A stretch of 64,000 nt of DNA from Vermamoeba vermiformis (taxonomy: Eukaryota). A program made the position numbers and the translations under genes. Of this stretch, positions 10,941 through 24,925 are shown one piece after another. The stretch is from assembly GCA_045837725.1 (NCBI GenBank), contig JBEWZL010000276.1:1-64000 (forward strand), written 5' to 3'. The notes under the pieces are model-generated. The model saw nothing but the letters and a program-made list of their open reading frames with translations. It had not been told where the DNA came from and searched no databases. Numbering within the stretch: the stretch's first letter is position 1; every line of letters begins with the position of its first letter.

Positions 10941-12708
10941 ATGGACGTAGAAAATACCAATAACAATGATGAGAACTCATCTGATAGCAGCAAAAACAGC
11001 GAGACGGATCCAGCGTTACTTCAAAAACGAGCACTCAAAAAGAAGAAGCTGCGTGGCTTGGCTAAAACCGAAGCAGAATTAGTTCCTAATAATACTGGAA
11101 AGAAACAAGGATTCGTTACTTATGCTGTTACGTATGGTAAGCCCGGATTCGATTTTGAGAATTTTATCAAAATTAATTTGGTCTATAACTTCATTTACCG
11201 TAATGTATCATCGATAATTAAATATTGTCATTTTTTTTATCCATTAATTAATAGAAAATAATTTTTTTGAATAAATGGTCCGTTCGAACCAGATCCGATC
11301 GGAGTTTTAAAATGCTATTTACTAATTAATGCTTCAAATATGTAGAAGATGAAGACGACATATTTAAGAAAATGAAAATATCGAGCCACAAGCCACTCGA
11401 AGACGCATCAGGCCGATCGAAATGTCCAAAATGCCAAGGCAACCGCAAATACTTCTGCTACACGTGTTTCTGCATTGTAGGCATGCCCGACGATCAAGTG
11501 CCGAGATTGCAATTGCCCGTGCACGTCGATATGTAAGTAGCACCAACCCGAATTTATTCATTTCAAAACGCACGCAGAAATGTTGTTCCGAGATCAATTT
11601 GCAAGAATAAGATTTACCTTAATATGCTTATTAGTATGTTAATATGTGTAAGGATAAATTAATGGAATTTATGGATCTGACCCGAAACGAATTGGCGAGC
11701 AGGAGCAAGATCCACTTTTGCTTTTATCCAAATTTAATATGTTTGTTAGTATTAATACTAATACGACTAAATTATGCAGTTTACACTGGCCCACTGAATT
11801 GACAAGCAAAGCTACAGGCATTCACGCCAAAATTTTAGCACCGGATCACGTGCAGTTCTGGGAGTACCCCAACATGCCTGAATTCAACTACGATGAAACC
11901 CTTATATTATACCCAACAGAGGTACCGTGTATATAACATAACCACATATATCAATACTATCTAAGCGCTGGTTATCAATAACAAGTTGCGCGGATCACGC
12001 GATCGGATCTGACCTTTTTTCTTCACTAGGACGCCGTTACTATGAAAGATATGGATATAGAAGAGGCTAAAAAGGTTAAGCACGTGGTGTTTGTCGATTC
12101 GCAGTGGCACTCAGCGCACAGAATTTTGAAAGACGATCGATTGATGAAAGTGAAGTGCGTCAAAATCACCAAGCAAAAAACACGCTTTTGGCGCTATCAA
12201 ATGTGCGGCGAAGAATGTTTGGCCACTATTGAAGGTAAAGAATCATACTTTATCAACCACATCTGCTTAACACGAATTATTTTCTCGCGGATCTAACACC
12301 CTTTAGCATTAAATCAATAATACTACGCATCATATAATAACGTTGAGATAATTATACCCGTTATTTTGATGGTTTGGTGTGCGGATCTAGCATAAAAATA
12401 TATTTTCGCGCCGTGTACTTTCGCTGACTTTTTCTGTCTTAGCAATATACTACTTCTTCAAAGAATATCAGCAATGTATCTCTGGCGGCAGCTACAATGG
12501 AGAATACGACAATTTGTTATACTACTACGCTTTCTTTTATAATATGATTCAAGATAAGTACCGCAAGAGCAACAAAAGTTTCCCTCGCATCCAAAATTAC
12601 ATTAAGAAAAACGAGAACAATAACAATGCCGATGATAATACTGAAGCCAATAATAATGTAGATAACAATAAGGACAATAACATTAGTGAAGAGCATAAGA
12701 ACAGTTAA
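10941..12708 (+). CDS. DTWD1: DTW-domain tRNA-uridine aminocarboxypropyltransferase 1-like, multi-exon
   Basis: RSKCPKC...KYFCYTC, KATGIHAKILAP, VFVDSQW, TRFWRYQ, LATIEAIYYF and YDNLLYYY across exons. Confidence 0.88.
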
Positions 12709-13866
12709 TAAAATTGTCAATTTTTTTGTGTTTTCCTAACTTTGCTCGTCAAATAATTCCTGCGCAATCGCAATATACTATACTTATACTTTTGATACAT
12801 CCCATAACTCTAACGCCAAGGCGAGTACTTAAATGTAGGCCACCAGCAGGCGCACTTTTTCTGGAGGACTAGATCAAACACTACAACAAGCAGAATCGAC
12901 CAGTAGCTTGCAACTAAACTTGATCAGACCCGTACTAAGAGACTTGCTTATTCAATTTGGTTCGAAACACGATTGCTTTACCAGGACATGCCTTGGTATG
13001 TAGAGGCACGATCAATCCTGAAAAGAAATATCGTTGCCAAACAAGGCGATTTGCGTGGCGTAGTAAATCAGAGAATTGAGTTTCAGTTTTTCTACCCGAG
13101 GGCAACATGGCAATGAGAAGCTCGATTCCTCGTGTCACAGCGCTGACGTTCCTACCTTTGGGAACGTAGAGGACAAATTAGCACGCTCAAATCTCCGAAT
13201 TCAGCGGTTGGATACTTTGCAGTCTCGGAATATGACTGCATTACAATGTTAGTCGAGCTCGTTCGGCGGCATCTTAAGGGTTGGCAACGAACGCGCGAGT
13301 CACGGGCGTGAATATTTAATGGGTCGTTGGTAAACTATGGGATATGGACTATCTCGATTTCGATTGGAGATTTTTTCTATAAAAGGAGCATGAAGGTACA
13401 GGAAATCCAAGTGATTGCATGTTAATTAACAGCGTAAAACGCCGAGTTCCGAGATACGCATTGGAAAGTATACATGAAAATTGAAAAGAAAATCAACGTA
13501 TAGTTGTTTCAACAGTAGATAAGTGAACGATAATTACAACTCCGAACATTGCCAGGTAACCGAACCAATGGAGCTATTGATTCAGCGTTTATTATGAGAC
13601 GACTAATTACTGGAGGCAATCTTGAAGAATCTTTTGGCCAATTGCATGCGCTTGGACCTTGCTCACTAAAGAAAAAATTTTCCGTTCGAGTTTTCAATCG
13701 AAAATTGACGGGAATTTCGAGCTTTGGACCGACAAAACACGCTCACGAGGCATTGTTTAAAGCGTGCACTGTGGATAACCACAGACGAAAAAAAATTTGT
13801 AACAAACTTCGTTTATTAGTTTCTCGAAGTTGATCTGCAACAAGCATCTGGATTGGAAAATAAATC

Positions 13867-16748
13867 ATGATTAATGCAGCGAATATCAAATCAGACGATC
13901 AAAAAACCGTAGAAGAATTGTTAGCCGAGCTTGAGCAAGAAAGGAAGAAGAATACTAAAGCTCAAGCAAGAACGGCAGCAAGAAAAATTATCAACTGTAG
14001 TTTTAGATCACATGGTTCAAATGGTTATTCTTCTAGATAAACAAGGAAAATGTATGGAGGCAAATAGAATAGCTATCAATACAGCTGGATCAACTCGAGA
14101 CAGAATTCAGGGGATGCATTTTTGGTAATTTAATCGTTAATTTAGTTGGTTTTCAGATGGACCTTGCTGCCACTACGATAAATAACGGCAAAGATACTCT
14201 AATATAATAATTACTAATATATATACCATATAGGAACGCTTTATCGTTCAAGCCATTTCCTGAAACAATTGAAAAAGTCAGAAACGCAGTCGAGACAGTT
14301 AAGCAAGAAAAGCGCTCTGTTCGAGAGGAATTTGCTATGATGAAACGCAAATATAATCTACAAATACAAGCAGATTTTACTTTTCATCCGCTGTTAGGTA
14401 AGCGCCAGTTTTCTAAAATTGAGAAAAATTGATCGGATGGCGTTCCGTAGCGAACTCGGAACCTCCGGCATTCTGGTACTTGATATTATGCCAATATCTT
14501 AATGTCATTTTGCCTATTACTAAGAGTTTTCGAACGATAAACTTCTGCTTTTGCTTTTTAAAACTTTGCTCGCTTTTTAGTTCGCCGGATCGTTAACAGG
14601 ACACGAGCAAGGCTTAAAACGGCCCTCCAAAGCAAATTTAACGTACCCTCTTATCATATTTTCCTTATTTTTCGTCATACAAATCTTTTTGTTGTGATAC
14701 AAATATTTTGGTGGCTAAATCCGGTTTTAATTAACAGATGCTGATGGCAACGTCGAGTACATACTGGCAGAAGGTCGTGATATTACTGATAAAAAGCATG
14801 CCGAGCTTGAAGTCGAGAAGAAAAATCAAGAACTGAAAGAGCTTTATGAGCGGCTACGAGAGATAGATCTGACCAAATCTCATTTTATTGCAACGGTCAG
14901 TCACGAGCTAAGAACACCCTTAGCATTAATATTAGGCACTACTCAATGGCTGGAACACGAAGAAGTCATCACATCCGATAAGCGACAACAAGCTTTTACT
15001 ACTATCAACTCTAACGCCTATATTTTATTAAAAGTAAGTACCGTATAACGTTACAATATCACCACTAAAGCTTAGAAGTCGGCGGTTGTGAACTGGATCG
15101 CCGGGTCGCACGAGTGTCACTGACACTTTGACACTTTATTAACGAGTTTTGTATTGTTAGAGAGTCAATGATTTGCTCGAGATTTCAAAGTTAGAATCAG
15201 GAAAGATAGAGCTGCATACGGTGGATATAGATCTGGCAATGTTTTTGGATCAGATCTGCTCTCACTTTGAAGTACTCGCCAAAGAGCGAAACATCGACTT
15301 TAGGAAGCTCTTTAATAGAAATATAGTCGCACATCTCGATGTCGAAAAAATCGAACGAATTGTCTTCAATTTACTGTCCAACGCGTTCAAGTTCACCCCC
15401 GAAAAAGGCGTCATCGCGATCAGTTCTAAATTAGGAAATGACGGAACAAAGTTCACAATTGTCGTCGAGGACTCGGGCCCTGGTATTCCTGAACAAATGT
15501 GGCCTAAAATCTTCCAAAGATTCTTAACTTTGGGTGATAATGAAGGCGGTGCAGGCTTAGGTACGAACAATTTTTCGAACGAAAATTCCTGCAATGCCTA
15601 ACTTTCCTTTTTTGTTTAGGCCTTGCTATTGTTAAAGAATTGACCGAAGCACACGGTGGAGGTGCTCGAATTAACAAATCTGTTCACGGTGGAGTTTTAA
15701 TGGAGATCACTTTACCCGTGACTTTGCTCGGCCACTCGCCAGCTGTAAAAAGAGTGGTGAACTCCTCGAGTGGAACATCGCTAGGAGCCCCCGTTGCCAA
15801 CACTGCCGCGCAAATGATGGCCGAATTACGTAGTCACTTGCAGCGTGACAATGCGCAACAACAGTACGGTCAAAAACCTGCCACGTCGAAAGTAGTACCA
15901 CATTTGCCTCTTCAACATCAATTCAACAACTCAGCCCAACACACCAACGCGCGACAAAACAATGGCCCTGGTGAAGATTCGCCGCTGATTCTCGTGGTCG
16001 AGGACAATGTGGCCATGAACTCGTTCTTGAAGGAGACTCTGGGCCGTGAATACCGAGTACTGACTGCTGTTAATGGCCAAGTAAGTCAATCATGCGTATA
16101 TAATTTGGCGAAGAAATTGTTGTTGCAATTTCATTGAGCTGAGATCCAATTTGAATTTACGTGCGTTTTATTAACCAAATCTTCCCTTTTTAGGAAGGCG
16201 TCAAACTCGCATTGAAATTCATTCCTGACTGTATTGTTAGCGACGTTATGATGCCCGTCATGTCCGGTGAAGAAATGGTGCATATTATCCGAGATCACAG
16301 AGAACTCGAGACAGTGCCTATTCTTTTATTGACCGCCAAAGCCGATGATGAGCTTAAAGTCCGATTATTGCGTAGTGGCGTGCAAGATTTTCTGCAAAAG
16401 CCGTTCAAATTGGACGATTTATTGGCACGTGTCAGAAATTTAGTGACCATGCGACAAACGTGGGACTCGTTGCAACGTGCCTTGCTCGCGCAAAGCAAAA
16501 ATTTGCGAGAATTAGTCGATGATATTACTACACTATTTGGACAAGACAAATTATACACACTGCCGCACACGATCACGCAACAATTTGGAGATCTCATTTT
16601 AGACGACCCAGAAGGCCAACAAGAAAACAATAATAATAGCAATAATGTCAGCCTTGATGCCACTAATGACTTTGACGATGAATCGTCCTCCGAAGATGAA
16701 GACGAGGAAAGTTCGGATGCCGAATCCAACGAGAGCGCTGAAAATTAA
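13867..16748 (+). CDS. Hybrid sensor histidine kinase (PAS-HisKA-HATPase-receiver), multi-exon; apparent frameshift near 13950
   Basis: PAS/PAC (LAEGRDITDKK), H-box VSHELRTPL, N-box NLLSNAFKFTP, DSGPGIP, GAGLGL, and receiver VVEDN / SDVMMP / LLTAK / QKPF. Confidence 0.93.
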
Positions 16749-17125
16749 GCTTCTCGAACCGTGGACTATCTGTCCGTACATTTGTAAAAACACTTGACTG
16801 TAAATAGCTCAATAAATTGCGAAAAGATTCAAACTGACAGACAGAAAAAAAAAATAACTAATTAGCTATTGAAAAAAACTAAGCGATCAACACAACAAGC
16901 TATGTGAATATTAAGTGCAGTCTTTTGAATGATCCAGATTTATTTAATTAAGTCTGACAGAGGTGTGTGAATCATAAAGGACACGTGCCCTGACATCCGT
17001 GGACCTTGACAAGCCGCCAAAGAAACAAAAAATCATTAGAATTTTTGCCCTCAATAGTTGCACCGTACATTTATGATTAAATGCGAAATCAACTGCAATT
17101 AGCTTGGATAGGTGAGACAAATTAG

Positions 17126-20100
17126 ATGGATCAAATAATATTGCAGTTTGTGTTGTAATCTAAGGAGCAAATTAGGTCTCAATAATATTATATTATAATA
17201 TTACATATATTAATATTAATTTTAGGAGTAGTAATTTTCGTTGGTGGATGCCACGGATTTTTTTCTGCGCCTCGATCTGCCAGTGAATTTGGCTCAAAAC
17301 GATTACTGAATAGCTACTCGAGACTAGATATACACCTTAAAATAATAGAATACAACGAAGATTTGTCGATAAACACGACACACGAGATTCAAAGATCTGA
17401 CAACTTCGGTTGGTCAAGTGTGAAGTCCTGTGATCAGTATTATTTAGCATTATCAACCTCACTTAATTGGGACGGGTTAGCCAATTTATTTATTTTCTAC
17501 CTGCCTAATAATTCTGCATCGGATCTAAACCAAATTAAAATTCCAATCAACGTTACCCAAGAAACACCGTAAGAGCAATATAGTAGCGTCAACTCAAAAA
17601 TTATATATCATTGTACTAATAGCCTATTTCAGACTTGCAATTGCCGTGGCGCCATCTGGAAGAAATTTTGTGTTTTTAAATGGATCGCACTTGCTCGTAT
17701 TCGAAGTTGAGCCACAACTATTTAACTGGACAATAATTGCGGTAATATATTCATATTTTATAGCTTATAATAGTATCTTGTGGCTCATTTCTTTCTAGGC
17801 AGAGCCGATCTCGGCTTACTTTACCAAGTTCAGAGGATACTTGGCAATGTCTGACTCTAAAATCAGATTCATATATAACTATACAAGCCAATACACCTAT
17901 AACTACAAAACAAAGACAATTTCAGTGCGAGATCTACCAACCGGTGCACAGTTTGTTGGCCAAATAGACACTTACAACGATTATTGGCTCTATACCTCGC
18001 AAAAGGACGCAATTCTCGAAGATCCCAACGGGGATATGCAAGTCTTTAATTATAGCGTTATGGAACGGGTATGTGCTTTACCTGATGCGGATGTGGTTTC
18101 AAAAACCAGAATGTATGAGACGATCGTTCAATTTTTGCAATAAGAAATACAATAGGCTATGAAATTTCTTATTAAATATTCGAGACGATCTTATTAAAGA
18201 TTTACAAACGTTTTATTATTTTTACAAAATTTTTACAAAAACCTTGTCTTGTTAGATCTGGCTAAAATTAACAAAATTCTAATTATTATAATAGCTTTTC
18301 GATGTCGGACAAGCCTTTATACTCCCACCACAACTAAGCGCTACAAAAGAGTTCATCGATATTGCAGTTTATCAGCTCTCGAATTCCATATTCTTTGGAA
18401 CGCTCAACTCCAAGACGCATCTCTTTGAGCAATATAATACTCTTCCGAGCAAGTCTTTAGGCCTGTTGGCCACTGAGAGCGCAGATCCAAGAAAAATAAG
18501 CAAGTTTTTTGTTTGAAACCACTTTAATTCTATTTAACAGACTTTGGCTTTGTTATTGATGCTTAACCATATCAATTATTTATTAAATATATTTTTATCA
18601 ATATTAACGATTTTCTTTTCCAAAATGAATTTCCAGTACGCGGATGCCGATTTTTTTTCAATTTATAATCCTGCTGCTCTGTTATATGAATTTTTAATAT
18701 CATTATAACTAATATCAAACCTAATTGCATAGACGTGCTGTATTTTGCTGTTGGACACAGCGTTGTGATGTACCAAGTGCCAGATCAGTACGAATCTGTC
18801 GCGCTAGCTGTGCCTTCCTTGCCTGGAAATCATTCCTGCAGTATGAACGGGCAAACAAGACTTCCAACGTATTGGTGCGGTGGGTTTGGCAGATCCGGTC
18901 CAACGAATCCGTGTCCAAGTGGAACGTACCAGCCATCAAGTGGATACACTACGTGCTCGTTATGTCCTGAAGGCACCTATCAGCCTCAAGAAGGTTCAAT
19001 CAATTGCTTGCCTTGCAAAGAAGACGAGTATTGTCCGCTTGGATCAAGCCAACCCGAAATTATTTCCAAGAATTCTTCGAGTCACGTGACATGGGACTTT
19101 CCGATCTCCGAAACAACGACCTCATTCGAAGAGATCCTATTAATGCTGTTATTTGCTTCTTCAATTACAAACACTTCAATTTCGGTCGTTCTATTGGGGT
19201 GCATCATTATTACTGCTGGTAAGCTTTGCGCTAATAATTATATGATACTAAAAAATATTACCATAATAACATAATAATATAACTCTATTTTTGATTAATT
19301 ATAGTTTAAACTAACCAGTTTTTTTTGTAGCGATGTTAATTTCATTGCTCGTCAAACATTGCTGCGGCGTCAATTTGCATCAATGGCTCGCAAAGATTGA
19401 TATTCATAAGAAGACTAAATATAAGACTATAGTCAAACCAAGCGGAACTTTCAAAACTGATGCGATCAAAGTCGAATCCGTTTTTGGCGGATATTTGACA
19501 CTTCTTGCAGCTTACATTTTATTGACCGGATTAATTACTACTATCATCTACGTGAATGATTATCACCCTTTATTAGTTGGACAATACAATAGTACACAAA
19601 AAAGTCCGTCTCAAAATTCGGTTCGGATGGCGTCACTGCAAGATTATAACACCCAATCAAAAGCATCAGAATTGGCTAATATCATCAAAGATAATTTATC
19701 ACTTAATATCAGCATCATAGCGTATAATTTTCAAACGACGGACGGAGATCTAGTGGATAAAGTAATTATTACGGACTGTGACGATCAATACGGTGATGCC
19801 TGCGAGTTTTCGTTTGGCACGGCACAATTTCTAGACCAAAAGACTGCAATTTTCGAACTACAAACGAAGGGATCCATACGATTCACAGAAGCCGCGGCCA
19901 CTATAACACTCGGCCAACAAGCATTTTTCACTTTTGCGACAGTTGAAATTTCCACCTCGTCTGGCGACAAAGATAATTTTCAAACGTCAACGGCAAAATA
20001 TCTCGTGCTTCCGGGAGATAACAAAATACTCACAGGTACGAACAAAAAATTTCTTACCTTACCATTTTTTTTTTGAAAATCATCTCGTTATGAATTTATC

Positions 20101-20664
20101 GGCCTTCTCATAACATTATACAATGATATATTAATAATTAAGTAAATTCCTGTTGTTTGAAATGGATCCACTCAGTTTTGTTTTTCAGGACTCTTATTGA
20201 TTCCCGTTACAATGACGGTCGTAGTTCGAGAGACAGAACTGGACACTGAAGAATTCAATCGTGACGCGTACATGTCATTTGTCAGCGACGAATCGAAGCT
20301 CCAAAATATGGGCCACTCGAATGAAACATTTGCTTTGACAAACGATGGAATTACTTTGCAGTTCTTATTGCAGCTCGATAATAACTGGCGATTAGAATCT
20401 GAACAGCGAAGAGTAAGCCCTGACTACGACTTACAGACTAATTGTTTTCTTGTGGAGTGTCTGACACGGTTTTATTTTTAGTTCAGTGGCATTGGAGCCT
20501 TCTTTGCGGCACTTTTGGCAATTCTAGGTCTCTATGAAGTCACGTTACTCGCTTCAGAACTCGCTCATCGAGTGTTTCACTCAATTGAGAAACGACGTAA
20601 GAAGCGAAGTAAATACCAAGCATTGGAAGATCCACCTTTAATCGTAAATGAAAAATTTGAATAA
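17126..20664 (+). CDS. Multi-pass membrane protein with a Cys-rich GCC2/GCC3 (ephrin-receptor-like) region, multi-exon
   Basis: CPSGTYQ...CSLCPEGTYQPQEGSINCLPC...YCPLGS followed by several hydrophobic segments; the 5' exons are approximate. Confidence 0.65.
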
Positions 20665-20727
20665 AGATCTACCACCTTTTTTATAACCACTGGTTGCGCC
20701 AGGTTAACATGAACTCTATTTACTTAT

Positions 20728-23700
20728 TTACAGATCTGAACTTTTATCTTCTGCGCTGTTGTCTTCAAACCGTTCGTAAAATAACATGTAGGCTTCCTTG
20801 CGCAATACTTCTTCAAATCGGAGCTCGTGGAACTGAGTGTCGGAAAAGTAATGCCATCCCGCGTTGACTGAAAAAAAGGTTAGATGCGCATCCAAACAAA
20901 ATGCACAAAACGGCAGCACGAAAAGGGGTGACGAGCCAAAAAAGCAAAAAGTAAAGAGCACAACACCTCCGATTCCCAGGTAGTCTCCTACCCCAGTACT
21001 AAGAAGGCCTGAACAAGCTTAACTTCGCTGATCGGACGGGAAGCGGTGCATTCTTGTTAGTGTGGTCGTGCCCGAGACGCTTTGCAACATCGTGTTCGGG
21101 TCACTACTTGCCATACCACCAACAAATCGAACGCACCGAGCTTGTCCGTCAGCTTTGTCGTTGCAAAAAACTAGTTTGTGCCAACCAGCCAAAAAATTAC
21201 AGACAAAAAGCAAAAAAGAAAGAGGCCCCGCCCGGAATTGAACCGGGATCCTTGGAGTCAGAATCCAATATAATAGCCATTATACTACGGAGCCGTTGTT
21301 GAACGCCGCCTTAGAGGTTTTGGCGTCCCCTCAGTTCCGAGGGGGAAAAACTTCGAAATTTTTCTTTCTGGTGAGCGGATGTACTTACTTGCGTCCTCCA
21401 ATGTCTCGTTGACTCTTCTATTTCTAACATAGGCTACGTAATGACCACTGTTCAAGCCACCACTATGTGAGACGATGCCATAGAGCTTGTACTTGTATCT
21501 TTTTTCTTGTTCGTCGGAGGTCTCGCTCAGGTACGGAGTCAGATCCAAGATTGCTGGGAATTCTACGAAGGTGCTAATCTTTTGAAAGCCGTTATGAGTT
21601 TGCATAAATCGCTTGATATGCAAGGTTAAAATCTCCGGTTGCTTCTTAAACAAGAACTGTTTAGTTGCAGTCCTTCGTAGTAGTGGGATCTTCGGTTTAG
21701 GAGCTGGCTTGACTTCTTTCTGGAGCTTTTCTTCTTTCTTTTCTTCTTCTTTCTTTTCCTCCTCATCGGTATCCATCTTATTCTCGCTGTCGGTTGTCAA
21801 AGCATTGTACGGATTTGACTTCACATCATCTGAGCCCTCAACGGCCTCTTCTTCTTTCATATGCGGCTTTGCTCGGCGTTATTTTCTTCCTCTTTGTTTT
21901 CGTTAGTTTGTTCGAGCTTCTTTTTGATTTCTTCGATTTCTGGCGGATCTCCGTGAGCCAAAATAAGTGGTGTTAAGTCCTTGTTGTGCTTCATCTAACA
22001 ACGCGATCGGGTTAGATATCAATACGTTACTACACTAATGTAAAGACTTACCCAATGGAGCTTTGTGCAATTGTAACACGAGAACGCGTTGTCACGGTCT
22101 AACAACTCTGGAGCAGTGAACGCGTAAATGGTTGATTGAATTGAACAGCCACTAGGCACTTCTTTGACGCGTCGTCCATCGACTTGACTCATCATTGGCG
22201 GCACGGTGTCTTCAGGCAAATCGTCCCAATCATTCTTAGGGGCCACTGCTTCAACTTTGGTGTTATTATTCTTGCCCTTTTCTTTAGTCTCTTTGGCACT
22301 AGCCTCGTTCTTTTCATTCTTCTCTTCGGGCTGTTCTTTTGCCGGCGCTACTTCCTCGGTCTTAGTCTCGCCATCCTTGGTCTGGCCCGATGCTGCAGTT
22401 GACTCTTCTTTCTTTTCCTCGCTTGTCGCAGCCTCGGCATTGGTGGAAGTCGTATCAGGAGTTGGCTGTTGTTCGCTCGTAGCTTCGTTTTTGGGAGCAT
22501 CGGAAGTTTCAGATCTTCGGTGTTTCTTCCATTTTAACGTCGGTAGTACTGCTGCTAGCTTCAGATTGGGTCGAGTTCTCTTCAGCAGGCTTGTTCTCGC
22601 CATCCACTTTCGGTGCCTCATCCGTAGTCGCACTGCCTTCGGAGTTTGGATTGTTTTGGGCCTCTTCTTGCTTTTTCTTCGCTTCTTCCTCTTTCTTCTT
22701 CTGTTCCTCGGCTTGTTTGTCTTTCAACTGCTTTTCACGAAGTAATCTTTGCCGTTGTTTCTTGTTCAATTTAACCTCTTCTTGAACCGCTGCTGCTTTC
22801 TTCGAAGAAGGTGATTCTAACGACAAAGACAAGTCCAAAATAGGCTCTATGACACGAGACTTGTGTCCACAATGGTGGCACGTGATCGTGCTCTACAATA
22901 GCTTTGTTATTAAACTATAAACAATAGATTGGCTAATTATGACATACCTCTAATTGACCTTCAAACAGCTGTTCAATTAATGATGGCGGAGGCTTTGCCT
23001 TGACTTTCGCAAGGACTTTCTTCAGTTCTAATTGCTGTTCTTTAGTTAACTTGTCCAAGCTCGGGAAATTAGCCATTTCTCGTTTTGCAGCTTCAACTTG
23101 GAATACAATTCTTTCTTCGCTGCTAATACCGTCTAACAAGTACCGCAAAAGTTCTTGCGCGTCTTGTTGTCTCATAGTTGAAAACCTCGGTGCCCTAATG
23201 ACATTAAGGTTAAGATAATTGATTCGGTATTATCTATTACACGTACTTTTTCTTGATTTGAAGGAAGAGCGATTGCGGCGAAAAGACGTTGCCTTTGCCG
23301 TGCCACATATTGACCATAAAATCTTTGAATGACTTCGTTAACGGTCCTTCTAACGGTGCCGCAGGGACGTTGTTGTTGTTATTTACACTGGGCTTCGGTT
23401 CATTCTCTGGTCTTCTTTTCTTCGCTAGCCTTCACTTCTTCAGTCTTATTTTGTTCACTCGCGGTGTCTTTTTGTTCCGGGGCTACGCTTGGATTATCAT
23501 TCGAAGTTGGCGCACTCGTCTCATTAGTGTTATTATTGCTCGCAGACTCGCTACTGCTAGTGTTAGCAGTTTCTGACTCGCTCGATGATTTCTCTTCCTT
23601 CTTCGTGTTGTCGTTATTTTGGGCTGGCTTCTCGATCGTTTTCATCTCTTCTCTAATAGGCCCCATGATTTGAAACAACTTTCTCGCGGAGAGGAATTGT

Positions 23701-24925
23701 GTGAGCCAAATTCTTCGAAAAATTTAGCGATTTTCGTTGCACGGATAACAGTTTAAACTACGTACCTGCATAATGGAATTGAAAAAGCACGTGTTTCCAA
23801 GATTTTTCAATCCTTTAATGCCGCTGGTCATATCGTTAGAAATATCCAAGTGAGCGACTTCATTGGCCAAAGTCAGCTCGATATCGTCGTTAACGCCTTG
23901 CTTTCCTTTCCTCGATTGTTGCTGCTGTTGCTGTCTGCCCTTCTTGCCTTGATTTTTCTGATTTTGTTTGTTATTTTTACCGCGTTGCTCTTCGTGACTT
24001 TCTTCTTCGTCTACAACGTCTTGTCAATCAATGTCTGGAGTGCATTTACGGACAATAAATTAGACTTACTTTTACTCTCTTTCGCGTCATCTTCTGCATC
24101 ATCGTCTACCTCGAGACCTTTTACTTTTTTAATAACATTAAGGCATTGGCGAAGCTCTTTGTATTTATCTGAATCATCGACTTTGATGTTCAACGCGCAT
24201 TCAAAACATCTAAAAAAGACCTTCGGTTAGCTCGTATTAAATATAAATGTTGTTATAATACTTACCGCACTTCGAGGGTCTTTAAATTAGCAATAACGAA
24301 ATGTTTGTTGTAATAGGCGTAGTGTTGTCGTGCATGAAATTGTGGAGTGGATGTGCCACAACTGATAGCACCGCACGTTAAACAAACCCATAAATCATCT
24401 GTTCGTGCCTTAAATAAATATTAGCATTTTAAACGTTGAGAATAGGCAAAGAACGACATGCAGCTTTGCTAAAATTTTTTCAATAATTTTCTCAATTATT
24501 TCAGATTAGAATGTTACTTGTAAGTATTTAAATAAATTAATTCGCCACTTACTGATTTGTTTGCATGCTGTTTGCCTTTTTTTCTTCCAGATTGACAGTC
24601 CTAAATAAAAAATAATTCTTAAATTACTGCAGAATTAAAGTTTTTACCACAATATTACGTAAATTATTTTTTCAATTAGTATTACAAAACAACAATACTA
24701 AACTTCATCATGCAGTATTCAATTTAGATTTACCTCGCAACCTTTCAAATTTTTCGTTTCAAGCATCTTTTCGAGATGATTAGCTGGCAATTTAATATGT
24801 TTACAGCCATCGCTGTCGTCGCCATCATCCCCTAAGAGAAAGACTGTCAGATCGCACATCTATCAAGATGTCCCTTTACTGTACGCACCGTGCTGCTTGT
24901 TTTGCTTCCTCTTTCCTTTTGGCAT
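20728..24925 (-). CDS. Ubiquitin-specific protease with zf-UBP (USP16/USP45-like), multi-exon; several apparent frameshifts
   Basis: LWVCLTCGAISCG...HARQHY, Cys box GLKNLGNTCFFNSIMQ, QQDAQELLRYLLDG, LTLHIKRF, His box LYGIVSHSGGLNSGHYVAYV, and AYMLFYER. Confidence 0.93.
20954..21073 (-). rRNA. 5S rRNA, nested in the last USP intron
   Basis: The minus strand reads GGGCACGACCACAC...GCACCGCTTCCCGTCCGATCAGCGAAGTTAAGC...TTAGTACTGGGGTAGGAGACTACCTGGGAA...GGTGTTGTGCTCTTT. It is about 120 nt, its 5' and 3' ends pair, and T-runs follow. Confidence 0.95.
21223..21294 (-). tRNA. tRNA-Gln (anticodon CTG), nested in the last USP intron
   Basis: GGCTCCGTAGTATAATGGCTATTATATTGGATTCTGACTCCAAGGATCCCGGTTCAATTCCGGGCGGGGCCT forms a 72-nt cloverleaf with anticodon arm TTGGA-TTCTGAC-TCCAA and is followed by an oligo-T terminator. 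Confidence 0.96.

Noticed and set aside
12720-13860. Short ORFs and a small ACGTTCC/GGAACGT hairpin upstream of the His kinase
   Set aside because: No recognisable protein or RNA family; treated as intergenic or UTR sequence.
21074-21222. Third Pol III RNA between the tRNA and 5S (A-box-like and GTTCGA motifs)
   Set aside because: No cloverleaf can be built and internal T-runs would terminate Pol III; treated as spacer.
22184-24230. Long plus-strand Ser/Phe/Leu-rich ORFs
   Set aside because: They are antisense shadows of Glu/Lys-rich low-complexity USP exons.
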